Shown in pieces: positions 24,555 through 38,856 of a stretch of 64,000 bases of DNA; position 1 is the first letter of the stretch, and each line of letters starts with the position of its first letter. Position numbers and translations under genes: made by a program. The notes beneath the pieces are model-generated. The model saw nothing but the letters and a program-made list of their open reading frames with translations. It was not told the DNA's origin and made no database searches. Where the stretch lies: contig CM035843.1 of NCBI GenBank assembly GCA_020510985.1, positions 157,315,922 through 157,379,921 on the forward strand. Direction: 5' to 3'. The DNA comes from Pholidichthys leucotaenia. Its lineage: Eukaryota.

Positions 24555-26164
24555 TACAGTGGGGCCCAAAAGTATTTAGTCAGCCACCAATTGTGCAAGT
24601 TTTCCCACTTAAAAGATGAGAGAGGTCTCCAATTTTCATCATAGGTATACCTCAACTATGAGAGACAAAATGAGAAAAAAAAAATCCAGAAAATCACATT
24701 GAAGGATTTTTAATGAATTAATTGGTAAATTCCTTGGTAAAATAAGTATTTGGTCACCTACAAACAAGCAAGATTTCTGGCTCTCACAGACCTGTAACTT
24801 CTTCTTTAAGAGGCTCCTCTGTCCTCCACTCATTACCTGTATTAATGGCACCTGTTTGAACTCATTATCAGTATAAAAGGCACCTGTCCACAACCTCAAA
24901 CAGTCAGACTCCAAACTCCACTATGGCCAAGACCAAAGAGCTGTCAAAGGACACCAGAAACAAAATTGTAGACCTGCACCAGGCTGGGAAGACTGAATCT
25001 GCAATAGGTAAGCAGCTTGATGTGAAGAAATCAACTGTGGGAGCAATTATTAGAAAATGGAAGACATACAAGACCACCGATAAGCTCCCTCGATCTGGGG
25101 CTCTATGCAAGATCTCACCCCGTGAGGTCAAAATTATCACAAGAACGGTGAGCAAAAATCCCAGAACCACACGGGGGGGCCTAGTGAATGATCTGCAGAG
25201 AGCTGGGACCAAAGTAACAAAGGTTACATCAGTAACACACTACGCCGCCAGGGACTCAAATCCTGCAGTGCCAGACGTGTCCCCCTGCTTAAGCCAGTAC
25301 ATGTCCAGGCCCGTCTGAAGTTTGCTAGAGAGCATTTGGATGATCCAGAAGAGGATTGGGAGAATGTCACATGGTCAGATGAAACCAAAATAGAACTTTT
25401 TGGTAAAAACTCAACTTGTCGTGTTTGGAGGAGAAAGAATGCTGAGTTGCATCCAAAGAACACCATACCTACTGTGAAGCATGGGGGTGGAAACATCATG
25501 CTTTGGGGCTGTTTTTCTGCAAAGGGACCAGGACGACTGATCCGTGTAAAGGAAAGAATGAATGGGGCCACGTATCGTGAGATTTTGAGTGAAAACCTCC
25601 TTCCATCAGCAAGGGCATTGAAGATGAAACGTGGCTGGGTCTTTCAGCATGACAATGATCCCAAACACACTGCCCGGGCAATGAAGGAGTGGCTTTGTAA
25701 GACGCATTTCAAGGTCCTGGAGTGGCCTAGCCAGTCTCCAGATCTCAACCCCATAGAAAATCTTTGGAGGGAGTTGAAAGTCCATGTTACCCAGCGACAG
25801 CCGCAAAACATCACTGCTCTAGAGGAGATCTGCATGGAGGAATGGGCCAAAATACCAGCAACAGTGTGTGAAAACCTTGTGAAGACTTACAGAAAATATT
25901 TGACCTCTGTCATTGCCAACAAAGGGTATGTAACAAAGTATTGAGATGAACTTTTGTTATTGACCAAATACTTACTTTACTGAGGAATTTACCAATTAAT
26001 TCATTAAAAATCCTTCAATGTGATTTTCTGGATTTTTTTTTCTCATTTTGTCTCTCATAGTTGAGGTATACTTATGATAAAAATTGGAGACCTCTCTCAT
26101 CTTTTAAGTGGGAGAACTTGCACAATTGGTGGCTGACTAAATACTTTTTTTTATCCCACTGTAA
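24555..26164 (+). mobile_element. Tc1-family DNA transposon no. 2 (1.6 kb, ~200-bp TIRs) with a frameshifted transposase
   Basis: The TIR tacagtggggcccaaaagtatttagtcagccaccaattgtgcaagtt is inverted at 26100..26164. Transposase ORFs 24923..25318 and 25336..25944 carry the HTH region, [17 protein letters not shown] and [12 protein letters not shown] 1-nt frameshift near 25210 separates the HTH and DDE parts. Confidence 0.85.
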
Positions 26165-27117
26165 GTGCAGGAAAAGGGAAAGTGGGAGAGAGCAACTCTG
26201 TTAAACCAAGATGATTCTCCCCTCCAAACACCACGGTGAGGGCGTGAGCGACCTGGCAGAGCTGTCAAATCTGTCAGATCAGTCGTGCCTAAAACAGCTG
26301 ATGTGACACGTCAGGAACATCGGATGACAATTGTCACAACCTGGCTCAAAGGCACGTGAACTGATGGCTATAAAAAACTTTATTTTCAATAAAGCGAAAA
26401 AAATAAAACCAAGATAATACACTGAGTGTGCTTTTGCTGGGAGGTGCAGCCAACAGCAAAGTAAACAGCTGCGCTCTGCGCTTCAGGTGATCAGCTGATT
26501 GGATCCTCCTTCTCCGGAGTTCTGACATTTTGGCATATCTATCTGAACGACACTGGACAGCTGATCGTATAGACTTCATTTAAATGTAAAAAAGCCCCCC
26601 GACAGGTCCCGTTTAGCTCTCTCTCTCTATAAGTGTGCTGCAGGCAGAGAGCTCTGTATGTTTTTTCCTGTGAACCAATGCTGTAAATTTGCCATTTGCT
26701 CCACAAATGTGGGATGTTTCAGCCATATGCTGAATATGTCGGAAAATTTTCAGCATGCTGAAAATTAATTTTCAGAGGAGCTCAGCGAACAATGCTGTAG
26801 CATGCTTCAGCATTCTTCAGCATGCTCTTAACTAGGGGTGGGTTCAAAAGATCGATACAACGATCTGGATCGATCCACATTTGGCTGAGCCGATATCGAT
26901 CCACAAAATCCACAGATCCATCTTTTAATATAATGCTTTTACGTCTGTGAATGTCTGCTGGGTCTGATCGGGTCGAAACCAGGCCAGTGAGCCAGAAACA
27001 GCAGCGAAGAACCAGAAACACCCTGAGTGCTAACGCAGCTAACACCTAACAAGCTTATGGAGATGTTGGTTCTCCTTCTGTGGTGTAAAAACGGTTTTCA
27101 TCTGGCAAAAGTTCCCT

Positions 27118-27240
27118 GTGGCACATGAATCAGAATCAGAATCAGAATCAGAAAAAGATTTATTGCCAAGTACATTAACAGATCACTGATAACATACGAG
27201 AGAATTTGACTTGACACAGAAAATGAACCTGCATTTCCAG
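27118..27240 (-). mobile_element. L2-LINE 3' tail fragment
   Basis: A (gaatca)n tail followed by agatttattgccaagt, matching the 3' end of the L2 copy at 46547..46600. Confidence 0.5.
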
Positions 27241-28789
27241 TGACACGGCTGCATCGGGGACGCGCCTGCCAATAGGATGGTACAGATAAGAAATCATACA
27301 ATAGGAAGGAGCAAAAAAATCATTGAATTCAGAATATTGACCATAAGTAATCAATATTATGATTACAAAGACAAAAAAAGCCCACGATGCACATTCAAGA
27401 CCAGAGTCCACAGGACACAAGGAGAGCAGTGAATGTTATCTTGTTGTCAGTTTCTGGGTCAGTGTGGATGTAGTGTTGAAGCAATGTTGTATCAATATGA
27501 GCACAAGGACACTTTGGCAGAAGATGTTTTGTCTGGCTGCAGCAATTGTCCTTGGCAATTGTCCCAAGCAGCTACTGTCCAGAGGCCGTGTGCTCAGTGT
27601 TTTGAAAAACAAAGACTGGGGATTATCAGGAGGATTTTTGTAAGGGAAATTGAGCCAAATAGACTGAACACAGAGAAAGAACTTTATTTTCTTCTGCAGA
27701 TTCAGTGCTTAATCCTTCATTGCGAGGGCTTTGAGTCCGTCGTGGATAGACTTAAGCGTAGATGTAATCCACCTTCCGAGACAGTTCTCCATTTGTCGCT
27801 ATCAAAGTCTCCTCCATTTTTCCAATTTGATGGATGCACCTCGCGTGGCCAGCATTTTGATAGGTTGTATCCATCTTCAGCAATTTGCGGTACACCAGGA
27901 CAATCCCAGTTCCAATCAGAACGATCCCAGTCACCATTATTACGAAGATATACAAATCTTCAATATCTTCGATAGAGAGATTACTCAGGCACAAGATCCT
28001 CCAAACACTTGTCACCCGTAAATAGCCCGCTGGAGCCGTCCCTGCGGGGCAAACAGCTTCCCCCGGAGCACTGTTCCTTGTTGAAAAAATAGTGTCAATT
28101 GCGTTCAAAGCCCAGCTTATCAATTCCATAATTTCTTTTCGATAATCAGCAGTAGACGCAGACAGACAACAGCAAGCTGGGATCCAGTTAGTTAGGGAAG
28201 TGGGGAGCTAGAGCAGAGAGAAAAGAGAGAAGCGTCTACTCTCCTTGAAGAGCGGAAGTGAACACGTCTTTACTTCCGTGTTTTACATGAGCGGAGTTGT
28301 TAACATGCATGTTTCTTAATTTATCTAGAAAAGTCACCGTAAAGACCGTCCTCAACAGTTTCCAAATATTTTTCTTAAAGCGGGATAAACGGTTTTGTAC
28401 TACATGTAGTGCTGTGTTGGAACATAAATATTGTCTCCTTCCTGTTACTCCCGTGCTTGCGGTAGGGCCTGCCCACGTGTACATTGTTCTTGTAATAAAC
28501 TTTATAAAACGTCACCTCAACTCCTCACTTATTCGGACACTACATTTGGCGATGAGGACAAACGGAGATGGAGAGGGCTGAGACCATGATGTGTCCCTTT
28601 TTGGAGGCTCCGGGAGAGCCGCTGGTCCCTTGGGCCAGGTCGTTTGCGGCCTTCCAGGACTATCTACTCGCGTTGGACCTTGGAAAACTGGACAAATAAC
28701 GATCAAGAGCAATTCTGGTCCATAACCTGGGCAGGGAGGGCCAGAAAATCCTCAGCACCTTAGGGGGAGGTGATAGCTTCAACGACGTC

Positions 28790-30100
28790 ATGAGGCTCAT
28801 GGCTGGCTACTTCCGCGCCCCCGAAAATATCATCATGCGGCGCATCCAGTTCGGACAACGGCACCAGCGACCCAGAGAATCAGTCCAGCAGTTTGTGGCA
28901 GACCTCCGACAGCTGGCAGGTGTGTGCAGGTTTGGTGCCCTAGAGGAGGAGATGGTCCGTGACCAGTTGGCAGAGCACGTGGCCTACTCCTCGGCAAGGG
29001 TTCGCCTGCTAACTCACGCTGGTGAGCTAACTTTGCTAGCGGCCATGGAGCTAGCGCAACAGCACGAGGCAGCAGAGCAGCTGACAAAACACCTCGGCTG
29101 TGACGACGCTCCGCAGAAGAGTGAGGCACACGGGAAGACTCTGGCCTTGGATTCGGATGATGGCAGCAGTGACAAGTAAGCAGCCATTGTCAAGATATGG
29201 TCCACCCCGGGGACACCACGATGCTATAGCTGCAGATCCAGCAAGCACCGCTATCGAGCCAAGGAGTGCACGGCGAGGGGCAAGTCTGCTCCATCACTTC
29301 GCCAGAGTTTGCCGCAATTTTGACAAGGAGGAACGGAGACCGGTGTAAGGAACTGTTAAGAAGTGGGCCCCTACCGTGGTCCACACAGTCTCGCCTGACA
29401 CAGAGGGTCACATCATTTGTGACATTGTGTTGGACGGGACACCGATACCGCTTTTAGTGGACACTGGGTCAGCAGTCTCCATCCTCAACTTGGCAACTGT
29501 AAGTCGGTGTTTTCCCCACTATAGAGTGAGTAACACTAATATCACCTCCTATGGTTATGGTAGCCACCTGCTGGATGTTGTGGGCTCGATGTAGCTGTCG
29601 GTGAGGTACAAAGGGGCCTCCATGTGCGCCAATGAGTTCATGGTGTCACGGGACGGTAATAACCTAATGGGCTGTGATTTATTCTATGGGCTCGGTTTCA
29701 CCATTACCTGCGGTGAAGTGGAGGAGTGGTCAGGTGGTGGCTTATGGGACCGGCCTTTCTACGTGGGAAGTGGCGATGAAGTGTGGGACTTTGGGTGGCC
29801 CATTCCAGGTGAAGAGGGGTACCGCCAGCACCTTAGTATGCTGAATAGGTGGGGGGTCCCGTACCAGTGTTTGTGGTCCCATGGATGGTGGACCTGAACG
29901 ACATGGTTTAACCTCTGCGGTGGCGGAAAGGTCCGAAGAACATGAGCTACAGGGCTCCGGCGGCTGATGAGTTCTGGCTGCTGAGCCAACAGTGACTGGT
30001 GCTGCTCCGACGCAACAACATCTGGTATCCGGGGTACCTCCAGACGGCACAAACCCTAGCCGTGCCGATACCAAAGGCAAGGGACATGACTCTAGTCAAC
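28790..30100 (+). mobile_element. LTR-retrotransposon gag-protease fragment (Ty3/Gypsy-like), 3'-truncated
   Basis: ORF 28790..29179 has a Retrotrans_gag-like region (FGQRHQRPRESVQQFVADLRQLAGVCRF). A CCHC zinc knuckle sits at ~29215..29275 (CYSCRSSKHRYRAKEC). ORF 29376..29594 is an aspartic protease with LVDTGSAVSIL. Confidence 0.7.
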
Positions 30101-30589
30101 TTGGCGAGCCGCTGAAGAGTCATAAGGGAGCCAGGTCATGGTGCAGACGATGAAGGAAGCCAGTGAGTGCTCCCCTGGGCGAGGGTGATGACATGAGCCC
30201 TAGAGTGGAGCCTCAGCTTGGTCAGGTGCGCAGTTCTAGGAAACAGACAGCTGGGCAGGATAATCTGCGGGTGGTCCAGTCCAGTGGCGACGGCTACCTG
30301 AGTTTGACTGATGGGTTGAGACAGCATCCCAACGAGCTGCAATGTCGGAGCACAAAAGGGTGTCTATGCAGTCCATCTCCGGTCACGACAAAACAGAGAC
30401 GCTCTGGAAGTGGGCTGTGTGATGGACACTCCGGGGAGGGCCTTCGGGAGACCCGGGTTGAATGTATGAGGGCTTACAGTGTGTCTGAAATGTGCATTTA
30501 GTAGTAGATGTGTTTTGTTTACGGTTATTATGGTTAATGGGTTCAGAATATGTTGACATGTTGAAGTTTTATGGGAATGGGGTTGAAGA

Positions 30590-30765
30590 GAACCATGTGC
30601 GTAAGGTGTAACATGTATAAATTGGTTCCCACGGACCCCTGATTGCTGGGGTCTTTCTGCAACTGTGGGGGTCCCCCCTACAGTTGATAGTGCTATGAGA
30701 TGACTGTTGTTGTGAAATGGCGCTATATAAATAAAGTTGAATTGAATTGAATTGAATTTACCCTG
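30590..30765 (+). mobile_element. LINE 3'UTR and tail fragment, same family as 405..520
   Basis: ggggtctttctgcaactgtggggg, cctacagttgatagtgctatgagatgactgttgttgtgaaatggcgctatataaataaagttgaattgaattgaattta is the reverse complement of 405..525. Confidence 0.7.
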
Positions 30766-33700
30766 TTAATGATACAATTTATGTGACTAGTTTTTTTCTG
30801 CAGTTATAAAAAAAGAAAAAAGAAAATAAAGTGTGTTTATAGAATTGTTTTATTACAAATTGACCTGTCTGTGTGTGTACCACATCTTGGTCAGTGTAAC
30901 TGTCTATAATATTTTGATATGTTGTATTTTATTTATATTTCTAGCACGAGATGCTGTGTTTATTTCCCTCTCTTTGGTGGGGCCTTAATGGCTGTTTACA
31001 TTATTGTTAGTAATGGGATACATCTGCCACTGTAACAGGGCGATTAAGGGATTAAAAGCACAAGACCACTGTTGTTGTGTGACTGTTGTTGAGTGTGAGG
31101 TTCAGTAACACCTGGGTGTGAATGATTAGGTTTACTGCCCTGTACTGCGAGAATTCTGTTTTGTTTGGGGAGTTCTCTGTATGTACTTTTATGTACCCTG
31201 TGAGTTTATAGGATTGGGTACTGCCATTGTATATGTCCATATTTGTTATGTGTTTAGCTTAGGAGGGCTTAATTTAGTTTGGTGTGTGGCCCATTTTTCT
31301 TTCAGGGACTATTTGATTACATAGCGGAGAGTTCCGCTGGACCAGTATGTTGTGTGAATGTGTCGGCCTATTCTCCTCTGTATTAGTGTACGATTTGGGT
31401 GTAAATTATTTAGTTGGGTAATTTGTATGCTTGCATTTTTTCAAAGAGGGGGTGTAGAATTGTAATGTAGTTATAATATATTAGTATGGCAGTGCCCTAG
31501 GCTGGGAAGGGTGATGCCCCGCCTTCAGGGGGTGGCGTCACCTGGGATATATAAGCCTGGAGCAAGAGACATAAAGCGGGCCGAACTGTACCGTCCCGTC
31601 CCATACTGAACCGTACTGTACTGTACTGTACCGTACTGTACCATACTGACCCTAGTGGAAAAGGGCCTTATGACTGCAGATGTTCCACAGTTTCATGTAA
31701 GTGCTATTATTTCAGTGCTTGCATTCAAGTTCTTGTTGACTAAGAATGCCCAGCTTTTCAGAAAAAAGATGTATCATCCAGCCCACTAGATGGCACTGTT
31801 TGACCACTTATGTAGCTGTTGTATATGTCAGTCAAGTTTCACTAGATTTAAGGGGAAATGGATATGATTCAAGGTGGTAGAAGTAAACAAATGAATGCTA
31901 CCCAACGGTTGATGTGTGTGATTTAATATTATGTGCTAACAATGGGAAATAAACATCACAACTATAAAAAGCATATACACATAAAATGTTCTCTTTAATA
32001 TTTCCATAACTGTCAGTTCAATATTCTTTGACTTATGGCCTGTACATGCTCCACAAGAACAGAGAAATCTGTTCTTTCTCCCAGGGCTGCAAAAACAAAA
32101 TGACATCATTTTGTTCTTGCAGCCTGGTGCGGGAGTTCTTGCAGCTTGTTCTTGACACATCATCGTGGCAGAACTTTTTTCTTGTGTGGTGTCCAAGAAC
32201 TATTCTGTGATTGATTAGAAATGTGAATTTCCCAAGAGGTCTGCACTTGAGTTTCTTTTGAAGCAAGAAATGTCCTGATCAGAAGCAACTTTATTCTTGT
32301 TTTTAGAACCTCAAGAAAAAGAAAATAGTCTCTGTTCTTGCAGAGTATGTACAGGTCTTTATTCTGTTGATGAAAAAAGAAGAGAGAGAACAGAAGAAAG
32401 AAAAACCAAAAATCACTTTCATCCACAGCAGACAATCTTGAAAAGTCAATATTTGGGAACTGAAAGTGGTTAAAGGGGTCATTGACTCAAAAATGGTGTG
32501 TTTGTAGGTTTGACTGAAATAAGTCTACTGGGCCCCTAATTATCAAACATTTTTCAAAACAATCAGTTCGCTTAAAAAACACGCAGCCTTTATCTTGTTT
32601 TCCTCTCCCAGAAACAGCAGAAATATTTTTGACTTTTCTAAATCGTATACATCATGATTAGAAAAAGCCAACTCACCGCCATCCTAAAAACCCAGCCACT
32701 GCTCTATTATTGGCCTGCCTAGCTGTCCGTCATGTAGATGGGTGTGGGGGGGGGGGGGTGGATAAAGGTAGCCGATTAACCCCTGAGCTATTAGCCCACG
32801 AGCTAACACTGTTACCAGGAGGCTCACTATAAGTGCGACTTATATTGTTATTTTCTTCAGATCTTAGTCAACCTAATAGCCATCCCTGTTACCACCTGGT
32901 TTGCCAGTGTGCCTCGTGTCACTCAAGCACATCTCTGAGTGGTTTCGTCACTATTTCACAATGGATCTCCCGCACCAGCACACTGGTCACTGCAACCAAA
33001 ATGGCTCGGGACCACAGGCTGCTGGCTGGAGGCTGAGGCTCTCACAGGCCAGCTCCCCCACTGTTACTTGACGCTCTTTGAGACTCTGCTGTCATGGGCA
33101 GTGTAGGGTAACAGCCTCGTGATGGGTCGTCCCCTGACTGGATGCAGGAGCAGAGCCCCACGAAATGGGACACTGCCCTTTGAGATCCTGTGGTTTGGCA
33201 GCTCGGCTCGGCCTCGGGCTGGCAGCCTCATATCCTGGGCTGAGTTAACTGCTGACAATTTAACATTAGTCCAGGGACTGCAGATGAAAAATGGCCATTT
33301 TTGCTAATTCTGGTGCATTTTATAGTAATGTGAATTAATGTACAATGTCCCTGTCAAATAAACCAGTCAATAAATAAAATAAAAATGAATGAATTGCAGT
33401 GCGGTGCGGGCGATTTGCTGTGGAGTCACGGCAAGGTTTTTGGTTCAGTGAACAAGTGTTGCTCATCTGAACGAGAAGGACGGTAAAAGCTGAAAGCTAG
33501 AAGCTAGTCAGCTAATGGCTAACTGACAAGAGGGAGGCCAATTTGAGTAGGTGAAGGATGTTTCTTAAAGTGATGGGCTATAAATCAGAGCATTTCCAGA
33601 AAGCCAGGAAAGATATAAAGCAAATTTGCTTCAACAATTAAAAAAAATAAAGAAAATTTGAACAAAATATGTTACAAACATTTCATTAAGACATATGTGA

Positions 33701-34254
33701 GCTGTGGAAAAAGTGTAGTCAATGACCCCTTTAAATCAAGTAATAACATTGTTGAAACTGAACATTTCTTTCCTTAATTTCCTACCATGATCAGGCATTG
33801 AAAGTTACGAGTCATATAATATTCAGCTTCTTGAGTCAGAATGAAGAAATTACAAAACATTCCCTATAGGATGCAATGACTTGTGTTTCTATACAGACCC
33901 AATATGGCATCCATAATTGGCCGACTGCAAGTAGCTTGTTGGCTAGCAATGTCTGGTCTAGTGATTATATATGATGTCTACGGTTCTTTCCCCTCTATAA
34001 GTTCCTGAAAACTTTCCCCTACAGGAAGGTTCCTGAGGTGGAGACACAACATGAGTGGAGCTTCTGTAAAATTGGTTCCTAGGTCCTGTAGTGGAAATGA
34101 AGCTATATTTGTATGATTTGTTTCCCCTTTCATTCCTCCACCTAGTGCAACAATGCTCCATCACCAGTGATGGCTCCTCACATCTGCTGCTGTCCACACT
34201 CACACTGTCTTCAGTGGAGCGCATCTACTGTATTTAACTATATTCCTTCATATG

Positions 34255-34576
34255 ATGGAAGTGCGTGGGTTCAATCCCACCCCCAGACCATTGGTGACCC
34301 TTGTCTGTGGAGTTTGCATGTTCTCCCCGTGTCTGTGTGGTTTTACTCTGGGTACTCCAGTTTCCTCCCACAGGCCAAAAATATGCAGGTTAGGTTAACT
34401 GGCATCAACTGGGGATTTTAAATTGTCCTTAGGTATGAATGTGAGAGTGAATGGTTGTCTGTCTGTCTGTGTTGGCCCTGTGACTGGCGATCTGTCCAGG
34501 GTGTACCCTGCCTCTCGCCCAAAGATACAGGGATAGGCTCCAGCCCCCCCACAACTTGAAAAGGATTAAACAGTAG
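34255..34576 (+). mobile_element. 5'-truncated copy of the teleost SINE family, followed by a (GATG)n tract and a tandem duplication of the SINE tail at 34640..34720
   Basis: gggttcaatcccacc; ctgtggagtttgcatgttctccccgtgtctgtgtggtttt; gccctgtgactggcgatctgtccagggtgtaccctgcctctcgcccaaagatacagggataggctccagc. Confidence 0.8.
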
Positions 34577-35101
34577 AAGATGGATGGATGGATGGATGGA
34601 TGATGGAAGTGTTGCTGTCATTAGGAGGGAGATGGTCAGATTGGTCCCAGCACCCCCCCACCCCCCGCCGCCATAACCAAAAAGGTTTACGCAGTTGAAG
34701 ATGATTGAAAGAATGGATGAATGGATTGCTCATATTAAACTCGCACAAACCTCGCGTCTCAGTTCAACTGTGGCTAATGACACACAATTTATGATAAAGG
34801 TTTAGAAAAATAACGGCCACCATATGAGGAGTTAACTGTTGCTGTGAACGGTACATGATGGTCCAGCTGGGCCATTTCGACTTCTCATTTCCCTTACGAA
34901 ACAAAAATATATTGCAGTATATAGGAAAATATCATGCAATACATTAAGCAATATATTCCCATATATGAGATTTAGTATTTATATTTTCCAATATATTGCA
35001 ATGTAAGCATAGACCATATATGTGTATTGATAAATATAAAAAATGTATTGCAATAAGAGCACTATATTTTTACATGTAATAGTCTGTCTTTATATGCTAC
35101 A

Positions 35102-35119
35102 ACATACTGCAATATGGCC

Positions 35120-35153
<34 letters not shown>

Positions 35154-35180
35154 TATATATACTGTATATATATATATATA
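35102..35180. repeat. (TA)n microsatellite, interrupted
   Basis: tatatatatatatatatatatatatacagtatatatactgtatatatatatatatata. Confidence 0.9.
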
Positions 35181-37255
35181 TACACCCTAAAGCAAATACA
35201 ATGAAGACAAAAATCTGCATTACACAAATAAGATTTATTGTTGACAATCTTGACAGTTGAAATGTACTTTGCCATTACATTTTCAATCCTCCACACTGGA
35301 TCTTGGAGGTATGCATACATAGAGGCTTGCATATTGTGGCAGATCAATTAGCATACATTTTCTTTTGAACAGTGTCACATCAAATATTTGTTTCCTGCCC
35401 CGGAATTCCCTTTTCAGACCAACTACATTTTCAGCATAAATCAGTGTACTATGTGACCTATCATATTTTCTCCCAAAAGCAAAGCATTTTCTGCTACCAT
35501 GTTGCTCTATTACAATGTAATAGTATACAGTGATGATGTGTCCATTCTGCAACAGCACAGTGAAGCTGTTCCTTTTCACTACCCTTGTGAACTCCTGAGA
35601 ATAATACAGCTCTCCGCTGACTAGAAGTTGCCTGAATATTTTCACGACTGTATCCGTGGTGACTGAAAGTTGCTCTCTCATGACCAGTAACTCTTCGCTT
35701 GAAAGTTTTTGACAATAATGCAAACCAAGGGTAACAAGTTGATCACCTACTCTTTCAAACTGCTTCCTTTTTTGGCCAGTTAACTTACTAAATAGCTGGA
35801 TGCATTCAGGAACAGCATTTCTCAGTGCATCATTCCTTAAAAGAGGCAATACTTGTCTATATGTGAATTGTTTCATTATCTGTAAAGGAACAAATTGAGT
35901 GCCATGAAACATTTTCAGTATTTCACCATTATATGACTCAAAAATATACCCAGAATGGGCCCACAAAGGTCCCCAATTCCTGACAGACTCTGGCAAATGA
36001 AGACATAAATGTACATTAAATGACACATTTGTTTTCCCATACAGTGTTTCAAATTGTTTGACAAAATCTACAAGTTTTTCACATTTTTGTACATCCTCTG
36101 TTGTAATAATGTCCTTACAAAGTAAGAACATGAATGTGACAAGGACTAACCAGTGCTGGTAAAATACCTGGGGCAGAATTCCTTTTAGCACAAATACACT
36201 ATAAAACAGTAACCAGTTCTGTCATTCAGAAGCCTTCCAAAACTTTCTCTGCTGAAGAGATCGGCGCACTCTTGTGATATTGCAAGGAGGCTTAATTAGT
36301 AAAAGCTGCTGATCAAGTTCATTCACTCTATTGCCAATATAATAAGGCTTTTCATGGTTATCACTGTCCAGCCACATGCTTGCCATTTGGCGAACCACAC
36401 CAAGATGTATATTATGCATGTGGTCAGGAGGCATGCCAGATATGATGTCAAAGTGTGGAATATTAATCAGACATGTGGGCCCTTTAACACCCCTCACAGA
36501 TTTTTTTGTACATAAAGCCTCCCTTGCATCACTTATTGTTGAAGCGTGGTCCCTCTTTGGAACATCTTTGTATGGGTAAACCCTGACGGTGCCATGACCC
36601 TTTTCAACTTGTTCACCGGGATGTAAACAGAGGCTGCATCCATAGTGGCCATTAAATTGCGTCATGTTTTGAAGTATGGGCCTAGCTACCGAATCACACA
36701 TCATAAGAGCAGCCACAACTCTACATTGTTCCGAAATGCCATTTCTTGTTATCTTAAAGCCCTCAGTTGACAACGTCTGACACTCTAAAATTAAAGGCTT
36801 TAAAAATGTATTAACATTTGGCTTTTATCCCCAAACCACAAGCCAAAAAGCAGAACACTGTCTTTACGCACAGGGTAAGGAAGCTTGTTTACAATCCCAT
36901 ATAATGACCAAATACCAAAGAGTGATGATTTGAATACAGGCACTCCATCACAGTTGAGTGTTAAGGAGTATCCATGAGCACAGTCAAGCGGGCCTCCAAT
37001 TTTGTTCAGATTACGGTACATTTTACCACTTCCAATATCATCAAAAATTTCAGAATGACATGTGCCATCTCTTGACTTGATACAAAGTGCAATATCTTCT
37101 CTTTGAAGAAGATGTTCCAACTGTGTTTGGATTGGTAAGTATATAAAGTAGTTTCCATTCTTCAGTGAGTTGTTTTTATCCCATGTTGTGTTGCATACAA
37201 CACATTGTCCTTCACTATCCTGTTCACCAATATAGTACTCACAGTTTGGACAATA

Positions 37256-38856
37256 TACAGTGGGGCAAAAAAGTATTTAGTCAGCCACCAATTGTGCAAG
37301 TTCTCCACTTAAAAGATGAGAGAGGTCTCCAATTTTCATCATAGGTATACCTCAACTATGAGAGACAAAATGAGAAAAAAAATCCAGAAAATCACATTGA
37401 AGGATTTTTAAAGAATTTGTTTGCAAATTATGGTGGAAAATAAGTATTTGGGCAATAACAAAAGTTCATCTCAATACTTTGCTATATACCCTTTGTTGGC
37501 AATGACAGAGGTCAAATGTTTTCCATAAATCTTCACAAGGTTTTCACACACTGTTGCTGGTATTTTGGCCCATTCCTCCATGCAGATCTCCTCTAGAGCA
37601 GTGATGTTTTGGGGCTGTCGCTGGGCAACACAGACTTTCAACTCCCTCCAAGGATTTTCTATGGGGTTGAGATCTGGAGACTGGCTAGGCCACTCCAGGA
37701 CCTTGAAATGCTTCTTACAAAGCCACTCCTTCGTTGCCCGGGCGGTGTGTTTGGGATCATTGTCATGCTGAAAGACCCAGCCACGTTTCATCTTCAATGC
37801 CCTTGCTGATGGAAGGAGGTTTTCACTCAAAATCTCACGATACATGGCCCCATTCATTCTTTCCTTTACACGGATCAGTTGTCCTGGTCCCTTTGCAGAA
37901 AAACAGCCCCAAAGCATGATGTTTCCACCCCCATGCTTCACAGTAGGTATGGTGTTCTTTGGATGCAACTCAGCATTCTTTCTCCTCCAAACACGACAAG
38001 TTGAGTTTTTACCAAAAAGTTCTATTTTGGTTTCATCTGACCATGTGACATTCTCCCAATCCTCTTCTCGATCATCCAAATGCTCTCAAACTTCAGACGG
38101 GCCTGGACATGTACTGGCCTAAGCAGGGGGACACGTCTGGCACTGCAGGATTTGTGTCCCTGGCGGCGTAGTGTGTTACTGATGTAACCTTTGTTACTTT
38201 GGTCCCAGCTCTCTGCAGGTCATTCACTAGGTCCCACCGTGTGGTTCTGGGATTTTTGCTCACCGTTCTCGTGATTATTTTGACCTCACGGGGTGAGATC
38301 TTGCGTGGAGCCCCAGATCGAGGGAGATTATCAGTGGTCTTGTATGTCTTCCATTTTCTAATAATTGCTCCCACAGCTGATTTCTTCACACCAAGCTGCT
38401 TACCTATTGCAGATTCAGTCTTTCCAGCCTGGTGCAGGTCTACAATTTTGTTTCTGGTGTCCTTTGACAGCTCTTTGGTCTTGGCCATAGTGGAGTTTGG
38501 AGTCTTGACTGTTTGAGGTTGTGGACAGGTGTCTTTTATACTGATAACGAGTTCAAACAGGTGCCATTAATACAGGTAATGAGTGGAGGACAGAGGAGCC
38601 TCTTAAAGAAGAAGTTACAGGCCTGTGAGAGCCAGAAATCTTGATTGTTTGTAGGCGACCAAATACTTATTTTCCACCATAATTTGCAAATAAATTCTTT
38701 AAAAATCAGACAATGTGATTTTCTGGATTTTTTTTTCTCATTTTGTCTCTCATAGTTGAGGTATACCTATGATGAAAATTGGAGACCTCTCTCATCTTTT
38801 AAGTGGGAGAACTTGCACAATTGGTGGCTGACTAAATACTTTTTTGCCCCACTGTA
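37256..38856 (-). mobile_element. Tc1-family DNA transposon no. 3, same subfamily as no. 2, inserted into the CACTA-like transposase coding region
   Basis: TIR tacagtggggcaaaaaagtatttagtcagccaccaattgtgcaag at 37256.., inverted at 38810..38856. Transposase ORFs 38093..38488(-) and 37471..38079(-) are near-identical to those of element no. 2 and share the same frameshift. Confidence 0.85.

Noticed and set aside
27752-28129. 125-aa - strand ORF with a hydrophobic helix (IFVIMVTGIVLIGTGIVLV) followed by a basic stretch, resembling a single-pass membrane protein exon
   Set aside because: There is no splice-site context, no conservation I can recognise, and it sits in an AT-rich region next to a gag-like fragment. 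Support is insufficient.
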